Below are positions 9,563-19,046 of a stretch of DNA of 64,000 bases, in pieces. Below the pieces are notes generated by a model. The model saw nothing but the letters and a program-made list of their open reading frames with translations, was not told the DNA's origin and made no database searches. The first letter of the stretch is position 1. Every line of letters begins with the position of its first letter. The translations under genes and the position numbers were made by a program. Location of the stretch: NCBI GenBank assembly GCA_043778225.1, contig JAYWGM010000072.1, forward strand, positions 14,954-78,953. The letters are read 5' to 3'. The stretch comes from Deinococcales bacterium. Lineage in GTDB: Bacteria > Deinococcota > Deinococci > Deinococcales > JAAFIG01.

Positions 9563-10182
9563 GAGCCGATGTATTTTTCCCAAGCGATGTCGAGTTTTGG
9601 CGCTTGTCCATAGGCGGTCGAAAAGACAAATTTAGGTGCAAATGGCTCGCGGATGAGCTTCATTTTGGCTTCGTATGGGGTGCGGTCGCGCTTTTTGCTG
9701 TTGCATTCGCGGCAAGCTGTAACGATATTTTCCCAAGAGTTGCGTCCGCCTCTCGAGCGTGGTGTAACATGGTCAAGCGTTAAATCGCCACCGGGTTTAC
9801 CACAAAACTGGCAAACATGGTTATCGCGGCGAAAAACATTGCGGCGGTTAAAAGCGATATGAAAACGCGGTGGGCGCTTGACGTATTTCATCAAGCGAAT
9901 TACGCTTGGAACTGGAATTTGGGTGCTTGGCGAGTGCAAAAAAGCATCTTCTTTGTCTTCGATTCGCATCGCAATATCCGACATTAAGAGTGTAATCGCC
10001 CGTTTGATGCTGCAAACGTGCAATGGCTCGTAGGAGGCATTTAAGACAAGCACCGTCGGCGCATTGAGGTTAATACCTCGAGTACGCGACGGCGCTGATT
10101 CATCATCAGGCGGCGCTACTATGTCTGGTTCTTGTTCCTCGAACAATTCCTCGAAGGTATGTTGACGCTTTACTTTCGGCAT
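9559..10182 (-). CDS. HNH endonuclease (McrA-like family)
   Basis: LVLNASYEPL, CQFCG, TLDHVTPRSRGG, ACRECNSKK; start set at MPKVKRQ. Confidence 0.9.
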   Translation of the reverse strand: MPKVKRQHTFEELFEEQEPDIVAPPDDESAPSRTRGINLNAPTVLVLNASYEPLHVCSIKRAITLLMSDIAMRIEDKEDAFLHSPSTQIPVPSVIRLMKYVKRPPRFHIAFNRRNVFRRDNHVCQFCGKPGGDLTLDHVTPRSRGGRNSWENIVTACRECNSKKRDRTPYEAKMKLIREPFAPKFVFSTAYGQAPKLDIAWEKYIGS

Positions 10183-10361
10183 GATGACACTCCACTCGGC
10201 GCGGGCAAACGCACCATAAATTCTCGAGCAAAGATGCTGTGGCTCGAGTGACCTCATTGTACATCAGACTCGAGTCTAAGTTCATGTGCCAATTGGCGGA
10301 TTAGAGCAACAAAAAGGGCTTACCGTAGCAAGCCCCCACAACCGCGAACATGGTGTTGGTT

Positions 10362-10787
10362 TTATGCCTCGAGCGTGGCTTCAAGCTCCATTGGCACAGC
10401 ACTTAACGCCTTAGAAACAATACAACCCGTCTTGGTACTTTCTGCAAACTCATGGAATTTCTCGCTACTTAAACCCGGTACTTTGGCTCGAGTTACCAAT
10501 TTCAGCTTAGAAATAACCATGCCATCACCGATTTTTTCGACCGTACAATTGCCTTCGGTGGTCACATATTCGGCTGCAAAACCATTGGCTGCAAGGGCTG
10601 CATTGAGTGCCATGCTGTAGCAACCAGCGTGTGCTGCCGCAATCAATTCCTCTGGGTTTGTGCCAGCACCATCTTCAAAACGGCTCGAGAAGGCGTACTG
10701 CATATCTAAGCCGCTCTGACCTGTGAGGTGTCCTTTACCTTCTTTGAGTGTTCCTGTCCAAGTGGCAACTGCTTTACGTGTTGGCAT
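10362..10787 (-). CDS. osmC: OsmC family peroxiredoxin
   Basis: TNPEELIAAAHAGCYSMAL, second Cys in GCIVSKAL. Confidence 0.92.
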   Translation of the reverse strand: MPTRKAVATWTGTLKEGKGHLTGQSGLDMQYAFSSRFEDGAGTNPEELIAAAHAGCYSMALNAALAANGFAAEYVTTEGNCTVEKIGDGMVISKLKLVTRAKVPGLSSEKFHEFAESTKTGCIVSKALSAVPMELEATLEA

Positions 10788-10905
10788 AATTTGTTTCTCC
10801 TTGTTTCACATCCTAAAAGTAAACGACAAATGGGTGTGTTGTCTAGCTTGCACTCGAGCTACAGCATAGCTTGCACTCGAGCCAAAAAAGCCGCATACTC
10901 GAGAG

Positions 10906-11556
10906 GTGCATTTATATTTAGATACCGCCATCGTTGAAGAAGTCCGTGAAATCGCGGCTTGGGGTGTTTTGAGTGGTTGTACCACCAATCCGAGTTTGAT
11001 TCTTGCCTCGGGTCGTAAATTCGAGGAGGTCATTTCTGAGATTATCGAACTGGTCAAAGGTCCGGTTTCTGCCGAAGTGACTGCTTTGGATACGGCTGGC
11101 ATGATTAGCCAAGGCAAGGAACTGCGAAAAATCTCAAATCATGTCGTGGTCAAGCTGCCGACCAACCCACAAGGACTGGCGGCGTGTCGTGCGCTCTCCG
11201 ACGACGGACATCCAGTCAACATGACCCTCTGCTTTTCGATGAACCAAGCGATTTTAATGGCTCGAGCCGGCGCGACCTATATTTCCCCATTTCTTGGGCG
11301 CGTAGACGACATCAGCCAAGATGGAATGCAACTGATTAAAGATATTCGTTTGATGCTCGACACCCACGACTTAAAAAGTCAAATTATTGCCGCCAGTATT
11401 CGTCACCCCATGCACGTTCATCAAGCTGCCTTGGCAGGGGCGCACATTGGCACGATGCCTGTTAAAATTTTTCAGATGCTGATTAAGCACCCACTGACCG
11501 ACGCGGGGTTAGAAAAATTCAACAGCGATTGGGAAAAAGCCAAGAAAAACCAATAA
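10906..11556 (+). CDS. tal: Transaldolase / fructose-6-phosphate aldolase (small type)
   Basis: LDTA, GCTTNPS, VVKLP, YISPFLGR, AASIRHP. Confidence 0.9.
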   Translation: MHLYLDTAIVEEVREIAAWGVLSGCTTNPSLILASGRKFEEVISEIIELVKGPVSAEVTALDTAGMISQGKELRKISNHVVVKLPTNPQGLAACRALSDDGHPVNMTLCFSMNQAILMARAGATYISPFLGRVDDISQDGMQLIKDIRLMLDTHDLKSQIIAASIRHPMHVHQAALAGAHIGTMPVKIFQMLIKHPLTDAGLEKFNSDWEKAKKNQ

Positions 11557-11655
11557 AAACTTTCATCTCCTCGAGTAATGCAGTAATTTAGTGCTGTGAC
11601 CCAAGAGTCGTCCAAGATATGGTCTTGAAAGTTCTAAAAATGATAGCTTCTGCCC

Positions 11656-14586
11656 ATGAACCCAGAATACACAGTTGGACAAAACATCGGTGGTTACACC
11701 GTGACTCGAGTCAAAGCCTACAAACAAGTCCAAGGCACCTATTACGAACTCAGGCACAACGCCACTGGCGCAAAACACTTGCATATTGCTTGCCCAGACG
11801 ACAACAACGCTTTTACCGTGACCTTCCCAACCATTCCCCAAGATGACACCGGTGTGGCGCATATTTTGGAGCATATCGTCTTGTGCGGCTCGGAAAAATT
11901 CCCAGTTCGAGACCCATTTTTTAGTATGCTTCCACGCAGCTTAAACACCTTTATGAACGCCATGACCTCGAGTGCTTGGACAACCTACCCGTTTAGCACC
12001 CGCAACCAGAAGGACTTTTTTAATCTGCTCGAGGTTTATTTGGATGCTACTTTCTTTCCTAAAATTTCCGAAGAAGCCTATAAGCAAGAAGCCTGGCGTT
12101 TTGAATTTGCCGATGGCGCAGATGCCAGCACGCCGCTCGAGTACAAAGGCATTGTATTTAACGAAATGAAAGGCGCAATGGCAGATGTCAGCAGCCGCTT
12201 ACACGATGCGCTCAGCAAAGCGATTTTCCCTGATATTACCTACAGCAATAACTCGGGCGGCGAACCTGTCGCTATTCCCAACTTAACTTGGCAGAACTTG
12301 CGCGATTTCCATGCAACCCATTACCACCCGAGCAATGCCTACTTTTACACTTATGGCAATTTTTCGCTGCAAGCAACCCTAAAAACCATTGAAGAAAATG
12401 TCTTGGGGCGTTTTACGAAGCTCGAGAAAAACTGGGGTATCCCCAATCAGCCACGTTTTAGCGCCCCACGCCAGACCGAAGCCACGTATGCGATTGCCCC
12501 CAACGAAAACAGCAGCAAAAAAGCCCAAGTCGTGGTTTCGTGGTTGACTGCGCCGATTACCCAAAGTTTTGAAATACTGGCACTGAGAATTTTGCAGCGT
12601 ATTTTATTGGCAAACGCTGCCAGCCCACTGCGAAAAGCCTTGATTGAATCGCATCTCGGCAGCGCCTTATCGGAAATGACGGGTCTAGACACCGACCCTC
12701 GAGAAGCCGTTTTTAGCACTGGCTTAAAAGATGTGGATGTGGCTGATACTGATAAAATCCAAAACCTGATTCTCGAGACCTTAGCCCAAGTTGCCAACCA
12801 AGGCGTGGACGAAACAATGGTGGACGCAGCAATTCACCGTTTTGAAATCGAATCTCGAGAAGTCAGCAATGCCGGTTTTCCATTTGCCTTTAAGCCGGCT
12901 TTTACCGCCATTGGGGCTTATTTGTATGGTGGCGACCCGTTTAGTGCTTTGCAGTTTGATGCCGACCTTGAGCAATTGCAATCAGAGCGCCGCAAAGAAC
13001 ATTTCTTTGAAAACTTAATCAAAAAGTACCTGCTCGAGAATCCGCATCGTGTGACTTTGGTCTTAAAACCCGACCCAGACCTCACCGCCCGCGAGGAAGC
13101 AGCCGAAAAAGCCAAACTTGAAGCAATCAAGCAACAACTCTCGAGCCTTGAAACCGAACAACTGATAGAAGATGCCGCCAAGCTCGAAGCCGACCAAAAT
13201 GCTGTCCAAAACTTTGATGTATTGCCAAGCCTCGAGTTATCCGATGTGCCGATGGATTTTGAAGATGTACCGCACAGCCTCGAAACGATCCACGGCGCAA
13301 CGGTTGGACTGTTTGCCCAACCGACCCAAGGCTTGACCTATTTGGATTTCAATGTTGACTTTAGCGGTTTAAGTGCCAGCCACAAAGCCTTATTGCCATT
13401 TTTAGCGTTTACCCTGACCAAAATGGGCGCAGGAAACAGCAACTACCTCGAGATGGCAAACCGCATCGAAGCCAAGACTGGTGGAATCAATGCTGGGATT
13501 GGGTTTCGCCGCGCCCCAAATGACCTCAACACCGTGCGCCAGAGCTTTGCTTTAAGCGTCAAGACCCTACACCGCAACCTAGAAGCTGCTTTTGGAATTC
13601 TGCACGATTACCTGACCCAAGCCCAATTTGACCGCGCTCACCTCAAAAATCTACTTGGTATGTACAAAGCCAGCCTCGATAACCGCGTTTCTAGCGCCGG
13701 TCATGCCTATGCTGCCAAAATTGCCGAAGCCCAGTTATCCACCCTTGGGGCATTGCGCGAAACCATGGAAGGCATCACCCATGTGCGCCTTGCTAAAGAA
13801 CTGGCAACTCGAGACGAAGCGGGCTTAGACCATCTGATTGCCGAATTCCAGCAGATGATGTCCGCCCTTTTTCGGGCTGGTCTGGCTCGAGTCTGTATTA
13901 CCACCGATAGCGAACAACTGGAAAACGTCAAAACCCAAATGACGGCACTCTTGGCGGCTTTACCGCCCGAAGCGCCTGTTGTCTCGAGCCACCTGCCCGA
14001 GGTTCACCCGCGCAGCCCTAAAGGCATTAGCGTTGCCACGCCCGTTGCCTACGATGTGGCGGTCTACACAACTGTGCCGTATATTCACCCCGATGCACCT
14101 AAGTTTATGGCGCTTTCGGAATATCTGCGAAACAGATATTTACACAAAGAAATCCGTGAAAAAGGTGGAGCATATGGCGGCTTTGCTTCTTCCAGCCGCG
14201 AAGATGGCGCTTTTGCGCTGCTTTCGTACCGCGACCCACACATCAAACGCACTTTTGATATTTTCGAGGGGATTCATGAATTTATGGCACAACCTTTTGA
14301 AAAAGATGCCTTAAAAGAATCCATTTTGGCAGCCTGTGCCGACCTTGACCCGTTGGGCAGCCCCGACACCAAAGGGCGCAGCCGCTTTTTTAACGACCTG
14401 AGCGGCTATACCTTAGCCGAACGTGCCAAATTTAAGCAGAACCTACTCGAGACCAGCGAAGCTGACCTGCGCCGAATTACCAAAGAATACTTACAAAACC
14501 CAAGTATTGCTGTGGTCTCGAGCCAAGAAAAACTCGAGGAAGCCAATGCTTTGATGGGTGGGGTTTTTAGTATCGAAGCGGTCTAG
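11656..14586 (+). CDS. M16C insulinase-family peptidase (presequence protease-like)
   Basis: HILEH zinc motif, MNAMT, IREKGGAYGG. Confidence 0.93.
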   Translation: MNPEYTVGQNIGGYTVTRVKAYKQVQGTYYELRHNATGAKHLHIACPDDNNAFTVTFPTIPQDDTGVAHILEHIVLCGSEKFPVRDPFFSMLPRSLNTFMNAMTSSAWTTYPFSTRNQKDFFNLLEVYLDATFFPKISEEAYKQEAWRFEFADGADASTPLEYKGIVFNEMKGAMADVSSRLHDALSKAIFPDITYSNNSGGEPVAIPNLTWQNLRDFHATHYHPSNAYFYTYGNFSLQATLKTIEENVLGRFTKLEKNWGIPNQPRFSAPRQTEATYAIAPNENSSKKAQVVVSWLTAPITQSFEILALRILQRILLANAASPLRKALIESHLGSALSEMTGLDTDPREAVFSTGLKDVDVADTDKIQNLILETLAQVANQGVDETMVDAAIHRFEIESREVSNAGFPFAFKPAFTAIGAYLYGGDPFSALQFDADLEQLQSERRKEHFFENLIKKYLLENPHRVTLVLKPDPDLTAREEAAEKAKLEAIKQQLSSLETEQLIEDAAKLEADQNAVQNFDVLPSLELSDVPMDFEDVPHSLETIHGATVGLFAQPTQGLTYLDFNVDFSGLSASHKALLPFLAFTLTKMGAGNSNYLEMANRIEAKTGGINAGIGFRRAPNDLNTVRQSFALSVKTLHRNLEAAFGILHDYLTQAQFDRAHLKNLLGMYKASLDNRVSSAGHAYAAKIAEAQLSTLGALRETMEGITHVRLAKELATRDEAGLDHLIAEFQQMMSALFRAGLARVCITTDSEQLENVKTQMTALLAALPPEAPVVSSHLPEVHPRSPKGISVATPVAYDVAVYTTVPYIHPDAPKFMALSEYLRNRYLHKEIREKGGAYGGFASSSREDGAFALLSYRDPHIKRTFDIFEGIHEFMAQPFEKDALKESILAACADLDPLGSPDTKGRSRFFNDLSGYTLAERAKFKQNLLETSEADLRRITKEYLQNPSIAVVSSQEKLEEANALMGGVFSIEAV

Positions 14587-14672
14587 GTTAATGGCAAAAA
14601 CGTTTCAAAACAAACCTCGAGCCATCCACTTGATTTGGGATTCTGTTTGTACCTCTGTTAGACTTAGCCAAG

Positions 14673-15620
14673 ATGATAGAAACTTCTTTTGACCGTAAAC
14701 GCGGTGAGCGTGGGCGGGTGCTGCGTGACACAATCATTGCTTATATTTTTATGCTGCCAATGTTGGTGGTTAAAGTGTTATTTACCTTTTGGCCCATTAT
14801 ATTCGGCACACTTTTGGCGTTCGCCACTGTTAACATCGGCAAGGGCTTTTCGCTCGAGTTTGTGGGACTAAAAAACTTTGAGGAGTTATTTGGCTTTGGG
14901 TCTTTTGCTGGGCGCGGACCAGACCGAGATTTTTGGTATGGCTTAACCAACAGCTTAAAGTATATTTTGGTTGTGCCGTTTATTCAGTTTTTAAGCATTG
15001 GACTCGCCATGTTGGTCAACCGCACGATTCCACTGATTGGTTTGTTTCGCACGGCTTTTTATGTCCCCGTCGTGACCAGTTTTTCAGTGGTTGGCTTAAT
15101 GTGGCAATGGATGTACAACCAGTATGGACCAATCAATTTTATTTTGACCAGTCTAGGCTTAATGGACGCAAAAAACCCAAGCAACATTCTCAATAATCCT
15201 TTTTTGGCACTCTGGGCAATTATGTTTGTGACCCTCTGGAAAGGCTTGGGCTACTACATGGTGCTGTACTTGGCGGGCTTACAAACCATAGACCGCAGTC
15301 TCGAGGAAGCGGCAGTGATAGATGGTGCGAATCGCTGGCAAGTCTTTTGGCACATCACCATTCCGGGTTTGCGCCCAACCATTTTGGTCTGTAGTTTACT
15401 CAGCACCATCAGCGCGATTAAAGTCTTTGAAGAAATTTTTACGATGACGGCTGGCGGACCGGCTGGCAGCACCTATACCGCGATGTTTTTTATTTACAAC
15501 AAAAGTTTTGGCGATTACCGCTTTGGCTATGCGGCGGCGGCTGGCTTGGTGGTCGCGGTGGTCAGTATGTTTTTTGCTTTTATAAACTTTAGATTGACTC
15601 GAGGAAACGACAATGCTTAA
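14673..15620 (+). CDS. Carbohydrate ABC transporter permease
   Basis: EAAVIDGA motif, multiple TM helices. Confidence 0.92.
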   Translation: MIETSFDRKRGERGRVLRDTIIAYIFMLPMLVVKVLFTFWPIIFGTLLAFATVNIGKGFSLEFVGLKNFEELFGFGSFAGRGPDRDFWYGLTNSLKYILVVPFIQFLSIGLAMLVNRTIPLIGLFRTAFYVPVVTSFSVVGLMWQWMYNQYGPINFILTSLGLMDAKNPSNILNNPFLALWAIMFVTLWKGLGYYMVLYLAGLQTIDRSLEEAAVIDGANRWQVFWHITIPGLRPTILVCSLLSTISAIKVFEEIFTMTAGGPAGSTYTAMFFIYNKSFGDYRFGYAAAAGLVVAVVSMFFAFINFRLTRGNDNA

Positions 15621-16491
15621 TACCACTCCAGAAGCCCAAACCTTAAAACGCAAACGCCAATTCCAGAAAAGACTCGAGAATTTTGGGGTCTACACGATTT
15701 TGGTTTTGGTGGCAATTTTAAGTATTTATCCATTTTTATGGACATTACGCACCAGCTTTTCGACCTCAGGTGGGATTTTTGAATTTCCACCATCGCTCAT
15801 TCCAACCGACCCAAGTTTTAAGAACTTTCTGACCGTCACCGAAATTGTACCGATTTTGCGCCAAGCCTTAAACAGCTTAATCATTTGCTTTTTTGGCGTG
15901 GTTGGCGCAATTATTGTCGCTGCACTCGGGGCGTATCCGCTCGCCAAAATGAAATTCTGGGGCAGAGATGCGATTTTTTATGCTTTAATTGCCACCTTGG
16001 TGCTACCCAACGAAGCTGGCTTAATCGTTAATTTTATTACTGTCTCGAGACTGGGTTTATTGGCAACCGACATCGGGCAGTATGCCGCCGTAATTTTGCC
16101 AGCTTTTGGCAGTGTGGCAAACGTTTTTTTGATGCGCCAAGCCTACTTGGGGATTCCAACCGAATTGCTCGAGGCAGCCCGAATAGATGGTGCTTCGGAA
16201 CTGCGAATTTGGTGGAGCATCATGTTGCCACTAACGATGCCCACCATTGCAGCCGTCAGCATTTTACAATTTGTGGCGTTCTGGAACAGTTTTTTATGGG
16301 CATTTATCGTTATGCGCGACCGCAATCTGTACCCCTTGAGTGCTGGTATGCTCGATTTATCTGGTGCATTTGCCACCAACACAAGGGCGGTCAGTGCTGG
16401 GGCAGTGATTATGATGATTCCAATTTTAATCGTATTTTTGTTTTTCCAGCGTTACTTTATGCGTGGACTCGAGGGCGCAGTCAAGGGATAA
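15613..16491 (+). CDS. Carbohydrate ABC transporter permease
   Basis: EAARIDGA motif, FQRYFMRG C-terminus. Confidence 0.92.
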   Translation: MLNTTPEAQTLKRKRQFQKRLENFGVYTILVLVAILSIYPFLWTLRTSFSTSGGIFEFPPSLIPTDPSFKNFLTVTEIVPILRQALNSLIICFFGVVGAIIVAALGAYPLAKMKFWGRDAIFYALIATLVLPNEAGLIVNFITVSRLGLLATDIGQYAAVILPAFGSVANVFLMRQAYLGIPTELLEAARIDGASELRIWWSIMLPLTMPTIAAVSILQFVAFWNSFLWAFIVMRDRNLYPLSAGMLDLSGAFATNTRAVSAGAVIMMIPILIVFLFFQRYFMRGLEGAVKG

Positions 16492-16525
16492 AAAAATCCC
16501 CTCGAGCCGACCGACTCGAGGGGAC
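16490..16525. terminator. Hairpin between convergent genes, built on two CTCGAG sites
   Basis: AAAAAA-TCCCCTCGAG-CCGACCGA-CTCGAGGGGA. Confidence 0.65.
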
Positions 16526-16542
16526 ATCTCCCGATAAAAGAG

Positions 16543-18114
16543 TTATGGGCAGATAAATGGGGTTGTGCTGTTGTTGCGGACGCTGGCAAGTGTCAATACA
16601 ACTATTGAAAAATCGGTACTGTTGTTGTTATTATCGGTACAGCCATTGCCAGCACGGGTAAAAGAATCGTTTGAATCCAATGTCGGCACAAGGGTGGACG
16701 AGTAATCAAATTTAGCCGTCTCGAACTTAGAAACATTAGTCGCGCTTCTTTGATAGCCAAGCAAATCCAGAATCGAGTTGTCCTGCGTGCTGTCACAAGG
16801 GGTTGCAGTCGCACCGCAGTTAAGCAGAGTTGTGCCGTTCACCAGTGCCACTTTACCGCCAGCAAGAAAACCCAAGGCTGCACTCCAAGTTGTAGTGGCA
16901 TCAGATGTTGGTGAAACAACACCAGAGGAGTTCGATTGATTAACGGTGCTGACCATTTTATACCCGCCTGGAGCAACAATACCCAGACTCGTTATATTAA
17001 CTGAATCGCCCGCAACACTTCCCAAGTTTCCTGCTGCACTGCCATACTGCAACGACTTACCATTTGCACTGACTGAGAATTCGCCCGCATTAAAAATTTC
17101 CACAAAGTCGCTGTTAAATAAAGAGAAACCACCACTCCCGCCACCGTAAACTCGAGCAAGCACCAGTTTAGCTGGTTTAAGTAAAGTTTGACTTGCACCT
17201 GTACCAATTTTGACATTGTTCTGCACCGTGTAGCCTGTTGGTATATTCGCTCCTATAATCACGGCTGGGTCATCAATCAAGACTTTTGTGGCGGTTGTAA
17301 CTGGGCTTGTGGTCACATTTCCTGCTCGAGTATTGGCGTTGGCGGTGCTTTCTTCTGGACTGCGGGTGACTCGGGTTGCCCCACCTTCTAGCACCACAAA
17401 AGTCATCACAAAGTTGTACGCTCCTACCCCTCCACCGGCTGGAAACCGCATCGCAATCGCAACATTGGCACTTGCACCATCTGGTAGGGTTCGTGAAGCA
17501 GTTGCACCTGTGCTGCTCGCTACAAAACCGTACTCGAGAACCGTACCAGTGTAACCTAGAGCAGCAATTTGACTTTGCATGGTTGTTACCTCACCACTTG
17601 TAAAGGCTTGGAAACTGGCGCGGTATGGTTCGGTAGCATCTACACTGACTGTTCCAGAACCTGTCATGCGGTGGGTTGGACGGGCAACTTGGGCAATCGC
17701 GGCAGTTGATGCGTTACCATTGAAATTCGCAATGGTTTTAATGGCTGTGGTTGGGGCAGCATTGCCCGTTTGTGCCAAAGCAACCAGTGAAACATTATTC
17801 ATTGCACCTATGCCACCTATTTTATTGGTGACAGTAAAAATTCTTGACACATAATCAAAACTACGAGGATTGGCTTCTAATGAAAGACTTGTACCACCAA
17901 TTCCAGCAGCAGGTGCAAAAGTAATTTCGTTTTCGTTAATCAGGGCTTGCGAACCGAGTTTAGCTGGAATAAATTTGGCTGCACCAATTGTACTGTCGTT
18001 AATTGCCACCTCGAGAACACCAAGGATTTTGGGTTGGCTCGTTTGTGGTGTGGCTTGAGTACAAGCAATTAAACCAAATGCTAGAAAACCAAAAGTCAGA
18101 TAACGTAATTTCAT
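16543..18114 (-). CDS. Surface lipoprotein with C-terminal lamin-tail-like domain
   Basis: Lipobox LIAC; VYGGG...DFVEIFN and CTDNNNNSTDF motifs typical of LTD-containing nuclease accessory domains. Confidence 0.7.
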   Translation of the reverse strand: MKLRYLTFGFLAFGLIACTQATPQTSQPKILGVLEVAINDSTIGAAKFIPAKLGSQALINENEITFAPAAGIGGTSLSLEANPRSFDYVSRIFTVTNKIGGIGAMNNVSLVALAQTGNAAPTTAIKTIANFNGNASTAAIAQVARPTHRMTGSGTVSVDATEPYRASFQAFTSGEVTTMQSQIAALGYTGTVLEYGFVASSTGATASRTLPDGASANVAIAMRFPAGGGVGAYNFVMTFVVLEGGATRVTRSPEESTANANTRAGNVTTSPVTTATKVLIDDPAVIIGANIPTGYTVQNNVKIGTGASQTLLKPAKLVLARVYGGGSGGFSLFNSDFVEIFNAGEFSVSANGKSLQYGSAAGNLGSVAGDSVNITSLGIVAPGGYKMVSTVNQSNSSGVVSPTSDATTTWSAALGFLAGGKVALVNGTTLLNCGATATPCDSTQDNSILDLLGYQRSATNVSKFETAKFDYSSTLVPTLDSNDSFTRAGNGCTDNNNNSTDFSIVVLTLASVRNNSTTPFICP

Positions 18115-18269
18115 TGTTCTGTACCTCCTAAAAAATCGTTATTCTCGAGTAAAGGCTCGCTTGGTTCGAGAAAATCAAACGTAACTGATAAACCAGTCAT
18201 TAGGGCGTAATTTTCTTGTTGCTCGAGATGCGGGGTTTGATATGGTTCTTGCAGTTTTGGCTTTTCCAT
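18111..18269 (-). CDS. 52-aa peptide with lasso/RRE-type leader motif
   Basis: AGGAAG RBS; MEKPKLQEPYQTPHLEQQENYALMTGLSVTFDFLEPSEPLLENNDFLGGTEQ*; stop overlaps the lipoprotein ATG (ATGA). Confidence 0.65.
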   Translation of the reverse strand: MEKPKLQEPYQTPHLEQQENYALMTGLSVTFDFLEPSEPLLENNDFLGGTEQ

Positions 18270-18404
18270 GACTTCCTTTTAATGATTGAAGACCAATTTT
18301 TTTGACATGACGGACGTAAGAAACGCTTGAAGCGTCTAAAAAGGTTCGGTAGAACTTTCAGTAAACCCTTTGATTATGCAAAATCTATTCGTTAAGCTAA
18401 TCAG

Positions 18405-19046
18405 ATGTTACCCGCAGAACTGATTTGGCAAAAAAGTTTTACTGTCTCAGACGAAAAAACCGCCGAATTATTAGCCCACGGAACACAAACCATCAATGTA
18501 CTTTCGCCGTTTATGGGCAAAGAAAACACCAGTAAAAAAGCAGCACTCGAGGCAAACATCAAGTTAAATGTGATGGCATACTGGGTGCATAAGTTTTTTG
18601 CGGCTGGTATTTTAATCCGCACCAGAACCGAAAAACGCGCAGGTCGTCCGGTGCATCATTACCGTGCTGTGGCTGATCAGATTTTCGTACCAACACAATT
18701 GATTGTTCGGGCTTCTGATTTTGAATTGCTATTAAGTGTCCAACAACAAGAATATGAGTTATTCAGTGCCAATGTTGCGCGGCAAGGACGAAAATTATCG
18801 GCTGAATGGTGCTTACATTATTTTTGCCTTGAAAGTGTGCAGCATTGGACAATGATTCCGCTCGAGCAGATCAAACAAAAAGACCGCCCTTTGCATGATT
18901 GGTCGCATTTGGAACTGTCCAGCGCGGCTTTAGAAGAATTAAAACAAGAACTCTGGGATTTAACTAAGAAATACCATGCCCTAAACGGACAAGGCTCGAG
19001 ACGCAAACGAGTCACACTACATTTAGGACTAGCCGAGATTACTTAG
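18405..19046 (+). CDS. Winged-helix (ArsR-like) DNA-binding protein
   Basis: N-terminal HTH with RAGRPVHHYRAVA wing; C-terminal LELSSAALEELKQEL. Confidence 0.65.
   Translation: MLPAELIWQKSFTVSDEKTAELLAHGTQTINVLSPFMGKENTSKKAALEANIKLNVMAYWVHKFFAAGILIRTRTEKRAGRPVHHYRAVADQIFVPTQLIVRASDFELLLSVQQQEYELFSANVARQGRKLSAEWCLHYFCLESVQHWTMIPLEQIKQKDRPLHDWSHLELSSAALEELKQELWDLTKKYHALNGQGSRRKRVTLHLGLAEIT

Noticed and set aside
9559..10182. HNH gene as a mobile homing endonuclease or defence system
   Set aside because: It matches the widespread stand-alone McrA-like family, with no intron, methylase or defence neighbours.
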